A DNA stretch of 64,000 nucleotides from Chrysomallon squamiferum (GCA_012295275.1 CM022678.1:12028001-12092000); one strand, 5' to 3'. Counted from the first letter of the stretch, positions 26,353-40,844 are shown. Translations and numbers: made by a program. Notes: generated from the letters alone by a model not told the origin.

Positions 26353-29211
26353 GGGTCATTCCGTGTCAAATCACCCAAAAAAAAAAGAAATTTAAACCCG
26401 ACCGTCTCAGATTTTTATGAAACTTGGTATACTTGTTGACTGGGATCCCACAGCACCAAATCTGAAATATTAGTCCAATCAGATCAGTGGTGTGGGAGAT
26501 ACGGCCAACCGAATTTTGAGATTTTTGGCAAAAATGGGTGTGACCACCAACCTTAGAACCCTCATATCTCAGCAACTACTGGGCCAATCTTCATAAAATT
26601 GGTATTGTTAGAAAGGCAAAATGACAAGGATTCCAAATCTACCATTTTTGTTTAGTTTGGAAAATATTGGAGTACCTTGACCTTTTGACCTTTACTATGA
26701 CCTTGAAATTGACCGTGTGGATCACGTGATCTTGAGATGACCTTTAAATTTCAATAATCTCCCACATGTTAACTAAAACATATAAAAGTTTACTGGGTGT
26801 AATATTTTTTGTTTAGCCACAATACAGATTTAAAAAATGCACATACATGAAAATAACACCTTTTCAGCCATTAACATCTGATTAACTAAAACCTGAATGA
26901 TCAATTCTTGATGCTAGGAATCACCATCTTTCTTGATCATTGAGTAAGACATTGTAGGCCTACATGTATGCATAAAGTTCACATAAATTTGAGAGAACTA
27001 GGTGTTTCTGATGCTTAACCTTCTCACCATGTTTGTTTCAAATGCTCACTGTATCCTTCATTCCCAGACACATTCTACTGTTCTCATCACTTTCATAAAA
27101 TTGGATTATTTCCTCCTTCAATTCATTGTCCTTTCAATGGTAAAGGGTGACAACATCAAGATTTGCACACGCTCTGGGTAGGATTCAGACATTAAGATGT
27201 CATTTTAATGTTACTGTAGCTGATGCTAGTTTTTTTCTGTCCTTTCATTCATTTACTGGAACGTGCTAGTGAATGGAGTTTGACAGGAGTTTCGCCTAAA
27301 CTCGACAGGATAGAATTCAAATCAAAGTCCTTTTCTGGGGAAACAACAACCAGCGGTTTGTCTGGCAAGTTATCACCAAATTCTCCCATTGTAATACCAG
27401 CCATACTAAAGCCATCCTCTGCAGGACCTTTGATTTCTGAAGGGTAATCAGACAGTCACAGCACAACTTGTCTCCTGGCACTAGTATCTTTGGAGGATTT
27501 ACTAAGCATTTGTAAGTGCCCATGCTAACAATTCTTAAAGATCTAGTGCGTGCTTGCTCAGGGTGGCGATTAAGGGGATCACAACAGTTTTTCTGCAATG
27601 TTGAAAATTTGATTAAAAGTTCTTGTTCATGATGTGAACAGATACTCTTGATGTCCTGTGTTTTGATCCCACTTCAAAGAGTGAGGAGTTTGACTTCCTC
27701 AGTTTTCCATACACTTCGCAACAACTCCTTTTTTATATAATGGTGTTGATAACACACATTTTCAGGAGAGTTAAAACTGCAGTTAGCCCTGGAAGAAATA
27801 AGGATTTTCAGTATTGGCCTGCACCTTCAATTCAATAGAACAAAGTCAGTGCTTTCCTAAATATTAAATCAAATCCTGAAACCGTTTCAGTAAAGTTAAG
27901 CAGGTCATAAAATGGCAGCAGAGTAAATGTGTCATTGCCAAAGGCCCACAAGTCTTGGGCATTTATGTCAATCTTCTCAAGTATAAATCACAGTTTATTA
28001 AGGTGAAGGTAGACCTTGTTCATACTCTGTGCTGAAGACTGGGTGTACAAATACATTATGCAGTACATCACTTGATGACGTCTGATATCAGACTGGGTTG
28101 TACTGTTGTTGACTGAAACCTTGTTCAAAGCCAATGGCAAGGCCACATGACATGATAAAATGACTTAATAGGTTTTATGAAGAAAACAATGCTTACTTAT
28201 CAACATCTGACATTGTGTCCAACTTAAAAAGCTTCGGATTGTCAAAGAAATGCAGATGAAGAAACTTCTTTGTCTTAAACTTCTAATTGCCATGTGTAAT
28301 GGGGATTGCACCAGGGGATCTAAAGGAGTTCCTGACCTGCCTGAAGCATCACTTCCTGTTAACCCTTTGAGCCTGATTGTGTAGAACATGTCATGCCATT
28401 TGGCACCTTTTCACATCCTTCAGGCATTCCTTCAGACATGTCAGGTGGGTTTTAACTCCAAAGATGAGTTTTTAGTCTCAGAGAAAATGTACATTGTAAT
28501 GCATTGTATCAATCATCCATGCAGGTATGCATTTTTTTAAATCTCTATTATGGCTAAACAAAAAATATTATACCCAGGAAACTTTTATATGTGAACTTTA
28601 TGCATACATGTAAGCCTACAATGTCTTACTCGATGCTCAAGAGAGATGGTGATTCCTAGCATCCAGAATTGATCATTCAGGTTTTAGTTAATCAGATGTT
28701 AATGGCTGAAAAGGTGTTATTTTCATGTATGTGCATTTTTTATATCTATATTGTGGCTAAACAAAAAATATTACACCCAGGAAACTTTTATATGTTTTAG
28801 TTAACATGTGGGAGATTATTGAAATTTAAAGGTCATCTCAAGATCACGTGATCCACACGGTCAATTTCAAGGTCATAGTAAAGGTCAAAAGGTCAAGGTA
28901 CTCCAATATTTTCCAAACTAAACAAAAATGGCAGATTTGGAATCCTTGTCATTTTGCCTTTCTAACAATACCAATTTTATGAAGATTGGCCCAGTAGTTG
29001 CTGAGATATGAGGGTTCTAAGGTTGGTGGTCACACCCATTTTTGCCAAAAATCTCAAAATTCGGTTGGCCGTATCTCCCACACCACTGATCTGATTGGAC
29101 TAATATTTCAGATTTGGTGCTGTGGGATCCCAGTCAACAAGTATACCAAGTTTCATAAAAATCTGAGACGGTCGGGTTTAAACCATTGGGTGATTTGACA
29201 CGGAATGACCC
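26353..29211 (-). mobile_element. Non-autonomous Sola2-like DNA transposon with about 630-bp TIRs and transposase remnants
   Basis: TIRs 26353-26985 and 28588-29211 begin GGGTCATTCCGTGTCAAATCACCC and are flanked by ATAT on both sides within (AT)n. Internal minus-strand remnants ICSHHEQELLIKFSTLQKNCCDP..H..LR..PGDKLCCDC, TPVKLHSL and IIQFYESDENSRMCLGMKDTVS..QKHLVLSNLCELY match recalled Sola2 transposase motifs. The DNA-transposon call is firm; the superfamily is less so. Confidence 0.8.
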
Positions 29212-29608
29212 ATATATATAAAACACATAGTAAAAATAATAAAAATTAAAATTAAGAATTTAAAATATGAAGAAACAAAAAGAAAGAAGAATAAAAACTA
29301 TGAACAGAAACTGGGAGACTGAAAAATAATAAGTAAACTGAATATTACAAAAATCTTGCTCATCATTAAAATAACTGAAAATAAATACAGAAAAGAGGAA
29401 CAAACAAGAAGAAAAAGAAGATTGTGAAGAAATTACAATGTAGAAAAAAACAAGAAACAACAATCATGGTAAATAGGTTAAAAAAATAAACAATAAAATA
29501 ACTTTAAAGAAAACACAAAAATTAAAAGAAATAAAACAATATGAAGAAATATGAATAAACACAGGATTAAGAAGAAACAAGAAGAATAAAAGACAAGACA
29601 GAAGAATT

Positions 29609-29651
<43 letters not shown>

Positions 29652-30060
29652 TATATATTTAAAATAAATTAAATAAATAAATTATGAAAAAATAGAAAAA
29701 TAAGTGTCATAAAATAAAATATTACTGTCATAGTAACAAGACGAAGAAATAATAGAAATTACAGAAACCAAATGAAATTTTTTTAAAAAAACAAAAGGAA
29801 AAATGTTGATGATTACTATTAGTAGTATTAGAAGTAGTAGTGTCGATACCAAATTTAAATAACAATAATAACAATCATAACACTCATCATAATAATAATA
29901 ATAATGACATAATAATAATAATTATTATACATTTGCAGCAATTTCTACACAATAATAAATATTAATGAGGCATTAATTAAACACCATATTTCTGTAATTA
30001 CTTTTAACAGAATTGATTGCATTATGAAGGAATATATATTTTTAAAGTGTGTAAACACTG

Positions 30061-30299
30061 ATTGGCGTTCGACGCTGCCATCTTGGATTTCGATCGGAAG
30101 TTTCCGTGACCTCACGAAAGTTTATAAACTTCCAAATTCGATTATTTTTCGTCTATTTTCTGAACATTTTATGATTTACACTGATAAGGATGATTGTTCG
30201 TGTTATCAAACCGTGATCTCCTGCGCCTTTCGTAACTACTTTTTCAACTTAATTAAACTTTTCAAAGTGGCTAAGAATTCAGTTAACGTCATTGTGAGT
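30061..30299 (+). promoter_or_regulatory. CpG-containing housekeeping-type promoter cluster with a probable first non-coding exon
   Basis: ATTGG (reverse CCAAT) at 30061, YY1-type GCCATCTTGG at 30077 and ETS-type CGGAAGT at 30095, followed by donor GTGAGT at 30294. Confidence 0.5.
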
Positions 30300-30851
30300 A
30301 GATAAAATATATAAAGTTAGATCCTATACTTGCATTTTACTTTCCATCCAAAGACAATTATTTTTGGTTTTTCTTATTATTTTTCAAGTTACAAATTTGT
30401 TTAGCAGCATTATCTTGGCGGGATTATCATTTTTATTATTTAGAGTTACTTCCCCTGGACCGTCAGTCAAAGAATTTCAATATTTCGACGACAGTTTATT
30501 TTGCACACTGACAAACCAAATGATTAAATGTGTGCTCCGGTCTTTTATTTGTTTTATTTTATTTATTGAAATTAATGTGCAGTAAAGGCGTATATGGACA
30601 CTATAGTGTGTGTGTGTGTATATATATATAAAAATACGTGAATTTATTTCATCATTCGCTATTTTCACTAACTAATTGTATTTCAGGGATAGCGTATAAT
30701 TATGTATCTTAGAAATACTGTAATCAGTATGAGTCTTAGTAAAACGTATGTACAGTATTTCAAGTTATGAACATGTAGACTGTAAAATTAAGAAGATAAA
30801 AAAACAAAAAACAAAAAAAATTGATAACAACAACAACAACAACAACACGAC

Positions 30852-30918
<67 letters not shown>

Positions 30919-31317
30919 GTGGCCCGCTTAATTTCACAAGGAAAATAACATTAATTCAAATTTTATAAATTCAATTTTGCCTCTACTAATATACTAAATT
31001 ACATGTAATTGTTTTATTACAACAGCATTTTTATTTTATTTTTTCTGAATTGAGATAGGTAACTTAAACAAAACTATAAACAGCTGTTTAAGCAGTTTAA
31101 TTTTAATTTCTAAAGTACAAGGGATAATATTACAGTATTTTAGAAATGTAGTCCAATAATATTTAAACTGCTATTATTACTATACTGTGTAGTATCTGTA
31201 GAGCTAACATAAGTAGCAGTAACAGTAATAATAGTAATAATATAATACTTAGAAGAGTAGTAAGTAGTAGTAGTTCTAGTAGTAATACTAGTAATAGCAG
31301 GTATAATAATAGTAGTA

Positions 31318-31790
31318 TTGCTGAAGTAAGAGTGGGAGATTACTAGCGATAGCAGTTGTATCGCTGACCTAACAGTCACAGATTACTAGAAATAGAGATA
31401 GCATTCCTGAACTAATCGTTTAGCAGTAATATTAGTAGAATTGCTGAAGTTGTCGATTAGGCACTAAAAGCAGTAGTATCGCTGAAGTAACAGTGATAGA
31501 TTAGTGGTAATATCGGTAGTATTGCTGAAGTAACAATGGCAGATTAGTAGTAATATTAGTAGTATCGCTGAAGTAACAGTGGGAGATTAGTAGTAATATC
31601 AGTAATATTACTGAAGTAACAGTGACAGATTAGTAGTAGTAGAGGTAGTATTTCTGAAGTAACAGTGAGAGATAAGTAGTAATAACAGTAGTATCGCTGA
31701 AGTAACAGTGACAGATTAGTAGTAATGGTGGTAGTATCGATGAAGAAACAGCGGCAGAGTAGTAGAAATAGCAGTAGATTAGTGGTAATA
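31318..31790. repeat. Diverged 43-bp minisatellite, about 11 copies (second array at about 44236-44708)
   Basis: Consensus tcgctgaagtaacagtgacagattagtagtaat..agtagta repeats at about 43-bp spacing (31479, 31522, 31565, 31608, 31651). Confidence 0.9.
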
Positions 31791-32861
31791 TCAGTAATAA
31801 TAATAGTGTATTTCAAAATAGGATGTGCACTGTAATAAAGTAAGAATAATAGCAAAACGCGAAAAGAATAATGAGAAGTTCACCAACCCGTGAAGGTCAG
31901 CGCGGGTTTTCAACAGCAGCGTCGCCAACGTTCACACTAATAATAAAGATGTGTTTAATAATATATTTTAATACGGGATGCGCACGCTCAGAAATAATAA
32001 TACTAGGTGATAAAAAGCAAAGAATAATGATGAAAAGCATTCTAAAACTACGTTAGGAACAATGCCGGTACGACGGCAACGACGGCGACATTAATAGAAA
32101 TTACAGTAATACATTTTAGCAGCTCAGAAAGCCGGTAGGACGGCGACATTAATAGAAATTAAAATAATATATTTTAATACGTGGTGCGCCCTCTCAGAAT
32201 GTACGAAGAATAATTAAGATAAATCTGAATGAACTGTTACGAATGCAATAAACATCTCTACCAAAAATTTTGAACACATTTCTGTAACAGTAATCAAACT
32301 ATTCCAGTGAAGAAATTTCTGAATGTTGTTTATAATTTTCATTACACTTTATTTATCTTGAACTCGGTAGTCTCAGAAAATCAGTGCTGTGTTTTTAAAC
32401 AAGTGCACACTTCAGCATCAAACCTATCTCTGAAAATGTATCCTTTTTCATAGAACATGATTATTGTAAACACTCGTGTGAAAACAACTGTGATTTCTTA
32501 ACAAGATTTTTCTGTTTTACGTTACAGTGTTGACTTTACCTTATCACAGTCCTCAAACTGAGACCCTTAACCACTGTGACACAAATGTACTGCAAGATCA
32601 TTTGACACGGAAACAAAAGTGTGTGTGTGTGTGTGTGTGTGCGTTTGTGTGTGGGTGTGTGTGACAGTTATTTTTGGTGAAAAGATGGACCTATCTGTAT
32701 TGCTCAAAACATTTCTGAAGATTTCATAATTTCAACATGTAATTAACATGACTGTAAAATTATTCAGGAATGTTCAGTAATTAATTATTTAAATAAAAAT
32801 ATATTTTAATGAAATGTTTTTGTTATTTTTCTATTATATCTGTATAATATCTATATTTTTG

Positions 32862-32896
<35 letters not shown>

Positions 32897-33029
32897 TCAA
32901 AACTTATAACTTAGTGGTGAACGCATTAATAAGCTCTTGACATGATTATATCTATATATGTATATTAGTAATATGAAGAGAAATTAGATTGTAGATAAGA
33001 AGAATGTATGTTTTGTATTTAATTATATA

Positions 33030-33221
33030 TTATTGGTCATTGTATAACTTGCTGATCAGACAGACTCCACACCTTTGTGTTGGATCATCGAATATTTCGT
33101 CCTCTTCATTAGAGTCGTAAGTGCAGCTTCGTTCCCAGCCCCCGCTACTCCCCGTGGAGTCGATTCGTCCATATTCAGCTGTTTCGCGCGCTAACTGAGA
33201 TCTCTCAGCACATTTTATCAT
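33030..33221 (-). other. CpG-rich 63-codon ORF, possible first coding exon of an unidentified gene (duplicate at 45946-46137)
   Basis: ATG-started, non-repetitive ORF MIKCAERSQLARETAEYGRIDSTGSSGGWERSCTYDSNEEDEIFDDPTQRCGVCLI; TGACGTCA at 33223-33230 and CCAAT at about 33236; possible GCAAGT donor near 33052. No family recognised. Confidence 0.3.
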
Positions 33222-36200
33222 TTGACGTCAGTCTTCCAATACGAGGCGCAAGCGTTTAAAAAAATAAATAAAAATAAAACACGCGTTCACATGCTGATAA
33301 GATTTAATGTAAAAAATAACTCCGCCTTCCTCTTAGTTTTCATTTGATGTTTTAGTCAAAGCGTTCTTGTTGGCGGATTCGCGATTTACTAAAGAAATGT
33401 AGTGATTAAGAATGAACCGTTATTATATATACTGTTCAAATGGCCAGTCGCCAGGTCATCAAATGTGACCAAAGTTCCGTTTAAGCGACTGGGATGTTAG
33501 AAATATTATGGTTAATAACCGGAAATTTTTTATTTGGGTAACCTGTTTTTTTTCTATAAGTTATAACACAAGATAATACTTTTATAATAATTTTATCGCA
33601 AATATTTATTTCACATAAAACGATCGCCGATAGTTCCATAAGTTGGACGTATCGGCTTGTCTTATTTGCCATCATCTATTTATAAACACTACTTTAAAGG
33701 ATTATCGGTTGGTTAACGGAACACGTTTTCATAGGAGAACACTGTAACTAATTGTTTGCTATTGTTTTTCCTTTTCAATTCCGCTTTTAATTGGCTAAAT
33801 TGAAGCCAACGAACAAATTTAGCGAACTTTTAGAGCCTTACGTAAAGAATTATCGGTTGGTTAACGGAACAAGTTATCAAGGAAGATAACTCTATAACCT
33901 TGTATTTGCAATTGTGTTTCGTTTTCAGTTCCGGTAGGATTACTTACCCTGAACAAAAAATAAATAAAAATAAAAATAAAAAATAAAATAAACAAAGAAA
34001 TAAAGAAAAAATTCTAAAAAGAAAAGTTGAACGGTTGCATATTTTATAGAGGAAAGTCATTGATTTTCTTATTTTTGTCACACGCTAAACTTTATTCACT
34101 ATCATTTCATGTTGCTTTCCTTTAATTTTTATTTCTTTTGAAAAACCCAAGCCTATAATACTATAAATTATTATTATTATTATTATTATTATTCCATTTT
34201 TGTCAAGGTTTGTTTTAAAATGTCTTACCAGCAGATTTGTATAACTAGGACAAAATTTTTGTGGCTATTTTAATTAATAAAGAATTTTCATATTTCTTTT
34301 TAGATGTTGACAAATTAAGGTAAGCCGATACTTTCAGTTTATCGAACTACGAACAAACTTTTCAAGTGAAATAACTATTTGCTATAAAATTATTAATAGT
34401 GGCTTTTGTTTTATAACTTATAGAAAAAGTAAGTTCTTGTAGATTAATATTATTTATTCATGTTAGAGACTGTTATAGAATTATATTTCGAAATCAGAAT
34501 ATTTTAAGTTTTAATCAGTTGTAATATATTTTATCTGGATAAACAAGACTCATTAAAATGATTTTTATAAAAAAAAAAAAAAAAAAAATTTTTTATAAGA
34601 ATTCAGATTTTTGTTTGTTTTGCTGCTGAAAAAGATATGATACTTCTGGGAGTTCTTCAAAGCACTCCAATGAACAAAGAGAGAACTTGTATGGGTTTCT
34701 TCATTAGTATTTTTTCCTATTTAAGCAGCAGTTAATTTGTAATTTCTCCTTCATTTTTATAGAGGACATTTGAATGTATGTGGGGGGGTTACTGGTGTCT
34801 GCTTATATCTTCTATTGCTTTTTTACAGCATTAGTCAAAACAAACTCACAGCACTGCAAACTGAATGGGGTAACTCTGAGAGAGAAAAGAAATCTGGCAG
34901 AAGAAAAGTAATTCACATGCCTTACATGTGAAGGCAGAGAAAGGATAGTTCAGTTTCTGCAGCATTTTCTCAAGATTATGACTAATTTTGCTTAGGTGAG
35001 TCCCAGGATTCAAAGGGAGTGATTTGAAAATCTTTCTGCATGTGAGACTAAATCTTCACTTTGGAGGGAGTATCAACAGACTGCTATTGCACAGGGTAAG
35101 AATTCATTTGAATAATGTGTAATTTTTATATATTAAGTGATATCATTTTAAGGATATTATATTAATTCTTAGATTAATTGATTTTATATTGCAGTATGTT
35201 TTTGTTTGTTATTTTAAATTTTGTTTTCATTTTTATTTTTAAGAAAAAGCTAATTGTCTTCTTCAGTTTGACTTGTCAGTACAAACAGTTCACATTCCAA
35301 ACAGCCCACTCCAGCCTGAACCAGTTTACTTCCTTGTGTGAAGAAAATGTGGAATTTTTAAAATATGTTCTGAAGTTCTGAGTTAGAAATCTATCAGTTG
35401 GTGAGTCAGTTAATCTCTTAATTAATTAATTTATGTAATTATTTTGTATTGGCGTATTTGCTTTTTGTTTTGTTTGTTACTGTGTATGTTATTTATTTAT
35501 TTGTTTAACCTATGTGTCTGTGCTATTTTATGTTTTTGAATTTATTTAGTCAAACATTTTTGTCTATTTATTTGTTTGAATTAAAGTTTTAAACTGTTGC
35601 TATCAAGATGTTTTTAAGTGTAAATTCAGTTTTTAATTCACTGAATGTGTCATGTAGCATTAGGTGGTCACTGGACAAATGTGGACAGAGAAACAAGTAA
35701 TATTTCATGGTTTCAGAAATTCCACAGCTAAAGTTTGGTGTTGTGTTTATTTTGTGTTTGAATTTGATTGTGTTTAGATTGGTGGGCTAGCTGGTTCTGA
35801 GTTTGATAATGTTGTTGTTATTAGTTTGTTACTAACATGATTTTGTGTTTGAAATTGATTGTATATAGATTGGTGGATAAGCAGATTCTGAGTCTGGTAA
35901 GGTTGTTGTTATTTAGTTTGTTACTAAAATGAGTTTGGGTTTTGATGATAAAAGGTGTAACTAATTTTTATTTTATTTGTTTACTATTTGCTGGTTGCAA
36001 CATTCACCCACTCCAGTCTACATTTGAAGATGGCTGACTGTTGTTTAAAAAATTAGATTGTAGTGAAAGATGAGGTTTAAAGGGTTGATCAGGGCCTAGA
36101 TCCTTCATGAGATGTTTATTACTGAGAGTGGATTTTAACACAGTATTTCAATGTGTGTAGGTTTGTGTCTGTATTTTAATGGTTGTATGTTTTATTCTAA

Positions 36201-39200
36201 CATGAGACTGTCAGGCAGTGTGATGTTTGGTAAAAGTTTTTACAAGATGTAATTATCTTCTGAATGTGGCATCCAAAGTTGCTGTCGAATGTGACTACTA
36301 AAAATTTGAATGATTTTCTTTGTTATTAAATGGTTATCTATTTTTAGTGTTATTTTGCTGTTATATTTCTTTCTTTTTTTCTTTTACTTTAGAGAGGAGG
36401 CATGCTGTCTAAGTGAAATCTTTATCTCTCAGTTTAAAGTCAGTCAGTCATTCAAGTTGTTTAGGTATGTTTGTGTTTGGTTGTTTAGAGATCTGCCTGC
36501 ACACCAGTAATCTATAAATACTGTAATTACTTTTTTAAAATTTATTTATTTTTTAAAATTGTTTTGCGAGGTATCAGGACTGGCTGGAGTTTCTATGGTG
36601 ATGGACACTGCAGTAGCTGCATGCTAATGACTTCAGTTGTATCACTGTGTACATTTGGTTGTGTGCCACCAGTTCTGTCAGAGGCCACACAGAGTAAATG
36701 AGACCTCATTTCTGTCTGTTGGTAGTTGTAATTGTTGTCATGGCAGGTTTTCTGTTAAAGGTAAGTGTGGTCCAGTAGGTTGCTTTTCTCTCCATATACT
36801 GACATTAACTAGCTTGGCTTTGTTTGTGAATGAATCTTGTTGTAAACATTTTTTTTTATATTTCTTTTTTCTATCCAGGTAATATATTTTGTGATATATT
36901 TAAAAAGTGAGTTGGGTGGGTTTTTTCAGTTTTTTTTTTTCACTCATTTGGCTTTGGGTTGTTGTTGTTGTTATGCAGACTGTTTTACTGTTTGCTGAGT
37001 CAGAGTTTCAGGATTAGTGTAGGAAATTCCCAGTAAGAAAATGTTGATCCCAGATGGTTACAGTGGAACCAAAAGTCTTTAAGAGTTTTGTGTTGATCCC
37101 AAAATAAATTTTCCGTGGATTCTTATTAATTATTTTCCATTCAGGGTTTTGTCCGAGTCAGTGTTTGTTGGTTTCTTATTTATCACCTTTTGCTTCTGGT
37201 CAACATTGTTCATTTTTAAAAACATTTAACTTCAAATTGGGTCTTTTTGCCTGCTGTCTTTTGTAAATCCTAATTTTCATTTCTGAATCATTTGAGAATC
37301 ATTTGAGTTAGTGGTTTTTATGTTTTCCATGTTGTTGTCTTTTTATTGGTGGGTTTGTTGTTATTTGTCCAGGTTCTGAAAGTTTAATGTGTGCAGTTGT
37401 GTGTATACTTCAATGGTAATTATTTATAACTCTAATATGTCTCTATTTACTTCAACACACACACACGCACACACACTTAAATATACAAACACACATACAC
37501 ATATTATTTTGTTTAGTGTTTTATTTTTCTTTCTCAGCCAGTCATTTTATTTTTGTATTTTCATTTCTTAGTTTGTTACATTGCAAATTTAAAAATGTTT
37601 CTTCCTTTTAACAGTTATAATTAATTTATACTAGTATTATTTTTTTATTATTATCATTAGTTTTATTATTATTATTATTATTATTATTATATTAACTTTT
37701 AATAATTTTGGAGCTCTTATTTTAAAAATAAAAAATTGAGTGGATGGTGATTTAAGTGTAAAATAAATTTTAGGTTCCCTTCATTTTATTAAAAATGTGC
37801 TGTTGAATCCTGTCTTTGCAGTTAAATAAATATTTTAATAATTTGCAGTTTGGTATTTACTTATTTATTTGTTTTCATGGATTTTACACATTTTTGGTTG
37901 TTGTTTGATTTGTTGTTTTTTGTTTTGTTTTCTTAGATCTTTAATTTCTTTTCTTTTTTTTAAAATTTAATTTAGTCTGTATTTGTGAGAAAAAAATATC
38001 AAGATTAGTGAGTTGTCTTAAAACAAATGGAACACTCAGTTTTAAAGAATCCAGTCAGAGAATTAAAGGTGGATTGTAGATTAGAATTTTTACTGTTATT
38101 TCTTGTTTTTAATATTTTATTGATTATTATTAATAATCTAAAAACCTCACAAAAACTGTTAAAACAGCTAATACTTTTCGTCTGTTTTGCAAGATAATAT
38201 TTATCTAATTTACTTAAAATGTACTTAGCATGTTATGCAGAATCAACTTTTGATAAAAGTCAAGTATTTTCTGCTTTTCTATTTCCTTAAATTCTACTTT
38301 ATCATTATAAATCTGTATACTCAAAACCCCCCGAAAATCCCAATTAAAAAACAAAAAAAATGAAAGAACTTAATTAAAATGTTTTTCTAATATCGTATAG
38401 TTTTAAAAATTAAAACAAAACTTGGTAATTAATAAAATATTATCACCATTACCAAAAAATTGTATTACTTATTCTGCATGGTTTTCAGTCATTTATAATG
38501 ATTAAAATATGTAAACAGTTAATCATTTCTGTTCAAGTTGTGTTGTTTCTACATTTCTGTTCAAGTTGTGTTTCTACATTTTATCTTTTTTACATGAAGG
38601 ATGAATGATGAAGGTGGAGGCTGTAAATTAATGAGGAGATACAGAGTGAGTGAATGAATGAATTAATTAATATCTGTTTAATTACATTTCATGGTTATTA
38701 GTTGAAAATATCATGATTTTTATTATTATTATTTTTTCACAATGTTGTTAAAAATGAATTATGACAACAGTGAAAATAAAGTTAGCTGGTACAACCTGGG
38801 TTTGTTTTGTTTCTTTTTTGTTGTTTTTAACAATTTTTGATTTCTTACTCACTGATTTTCTATGTTAAATAAACATTATCTTAAGTATTGAATAAAAAAT
38901 TATTAGCAAGTATAAAATGCTATTATTAGTTATACGAATTTATAATGCTCAGTGTATACCAAGTTTGGGTTATTTTACCAAAACTATATAAATAAAAATA
39001 TTCCTCACCATCTAATTTAATAAAAGCTTGGGAAAAATATACATATAAAATGAAAAACAAAAAACAGAATAATTTGAAATACTTATTTCAACAAGAAAAC
39101 AAAGTTTAACATCAAAACTACTTTTTCAAATGAAAAATAAAAGTTTAGAAAAACTTTTCAAAAATCCTTAATTAAAAATTTAGAAAAGCATGATATGAAA

Positions 39201-40844
39201 TGTTTTTAAGTTTCAAATTAAAAATTGTTTCAAATATTTCATGATGTTTTAGAGTTGAGAGGCTATAAAACACAAAAATACCAAGATTTCTAGTGATCAA
39301 TAAAAATATATTAATAAAATATACATTGAAAAAAAGAAAAGAATACCAAGACATTTGTTTACAAAAACTATAAAACTTAATAAATAACTTGACATATAAT
39401 GAAGCCTGCAAATTAGTGATTAAGAACATTTTCAGTTTCTGATTTTATCTTCCAAACAACAAATACATGGCAAACATAGGTTTACACAACTGATTCCATT
39501 TTATGTTTTAACGAAGTTTTATAGGCTAAATCTTTACCAGAACTCAAAAGAAGTGGAAGTTCAGTCATCTGTAAATATAACATAGAAGTATACGAGTTTA
39601 TTAAAACTTATAATATATATATATATATACATGATCAATAGTTTGCTAATAAACAAGAATCCAAAATGATCCCAGAGGTCACTCTATCCTTGAAACATTA
39701 CACTGTTTCCCATTCCACACTGAGCTCCATTAATAATTTATCAAAATAACAGAATTTGTTTTAAGATGAATGAAAAAAACATATTTAAAAGATTTGTCAA
39801 AAATAACTAAGAAAAACAGTGGTGGAAACACATTTCAGTTTATATTCTTACAATGGTTATAATACAGACACTATATGTGTATGTAAATAAATCTATACTT
39901 TAATAGGATTTCCTGACTTATTCAGTTAAACAGTGAATATATTTTATGTATCTGTGATGTTCATTGTTCTTTGTAACAACAAACTTGATTTAATCTGACA
40001 AGAAATCATTTTCTCAACTGACGGCATTTTGTACTGTGACAGGAAACCACATGTTGGTCTCAAACCACCATTAATCTCTACAGAATTTTAAAGACTTTAT
40101 CAATTGTTAAATTCTAAATGAAAATTAGGATTATGTTTGATCAGTTTTTAATACTTTATTTTTTTTTTTAAACATTTGCAGTTTATAAAGTTAAATTCAG
40201 TTATTTTAAATATAATAAATAATTAGTAAAATAATAGATCTGTTTCAATAGCTATTATATTGATGAAAAATGTGATTTATTTTTTATTTTCTTAGCTGCT
40301 TTTCCTAATTATTTTCTTTCCTTATTTTATTTTATTTTTTTTCTAGTCAAATTGGTTATCAATTCTTTTAGTTCACTGTGGTAAATGACTGGAATAAAGT
40401 GAGAGAGAAAACTGTAAACTATGAATTAAACTGCTGTGTTTTCAGTGTGATTATCAAACACTTCTCACTAGTCAATGAGTAAGTCAGTGTATGAAGTGTG
40501 GGTAGTCACACAATCACATCACATTAGTGCTTCCAGCAGACTGTTTCTATAAAAGAAATTGAAATGTGTCTTCCTGTCCATGTGTGCACATGTAGTTAAA
40601 CATTTCAGACAGAAAATCCTTGAATGTAGAAAATACAACAGATTTAGATAATTAAACCATTCAACACAATCTGCAGACATTTCTGTTTTACAGAACAAAA
40701 TGATATTTTCAAAGTCAGTGTAAGACAGTATTTATTAATTATAATTGTATTTATGTTTGTATAGAGGAAAGAATATGTTAATATTTCTTCTAGCTGTCTC
40801 TTGAATTTTTTAATGTTACAAACAAAATAAATACTAGAAAACAT

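Noticed and set aside
26366-26575. Twin ORFs MLRYEGSKVGG (also 28998-29198)
   Set aside because: They are mirror images within the transposon TIRs, start at a non-ATG codon and have no coding evidence.
33941-33952. U1 snRNA 5' end (tacttacc)
   Set aside because: The rest of U1 is absent; it is the reverse complement of a splice donor.
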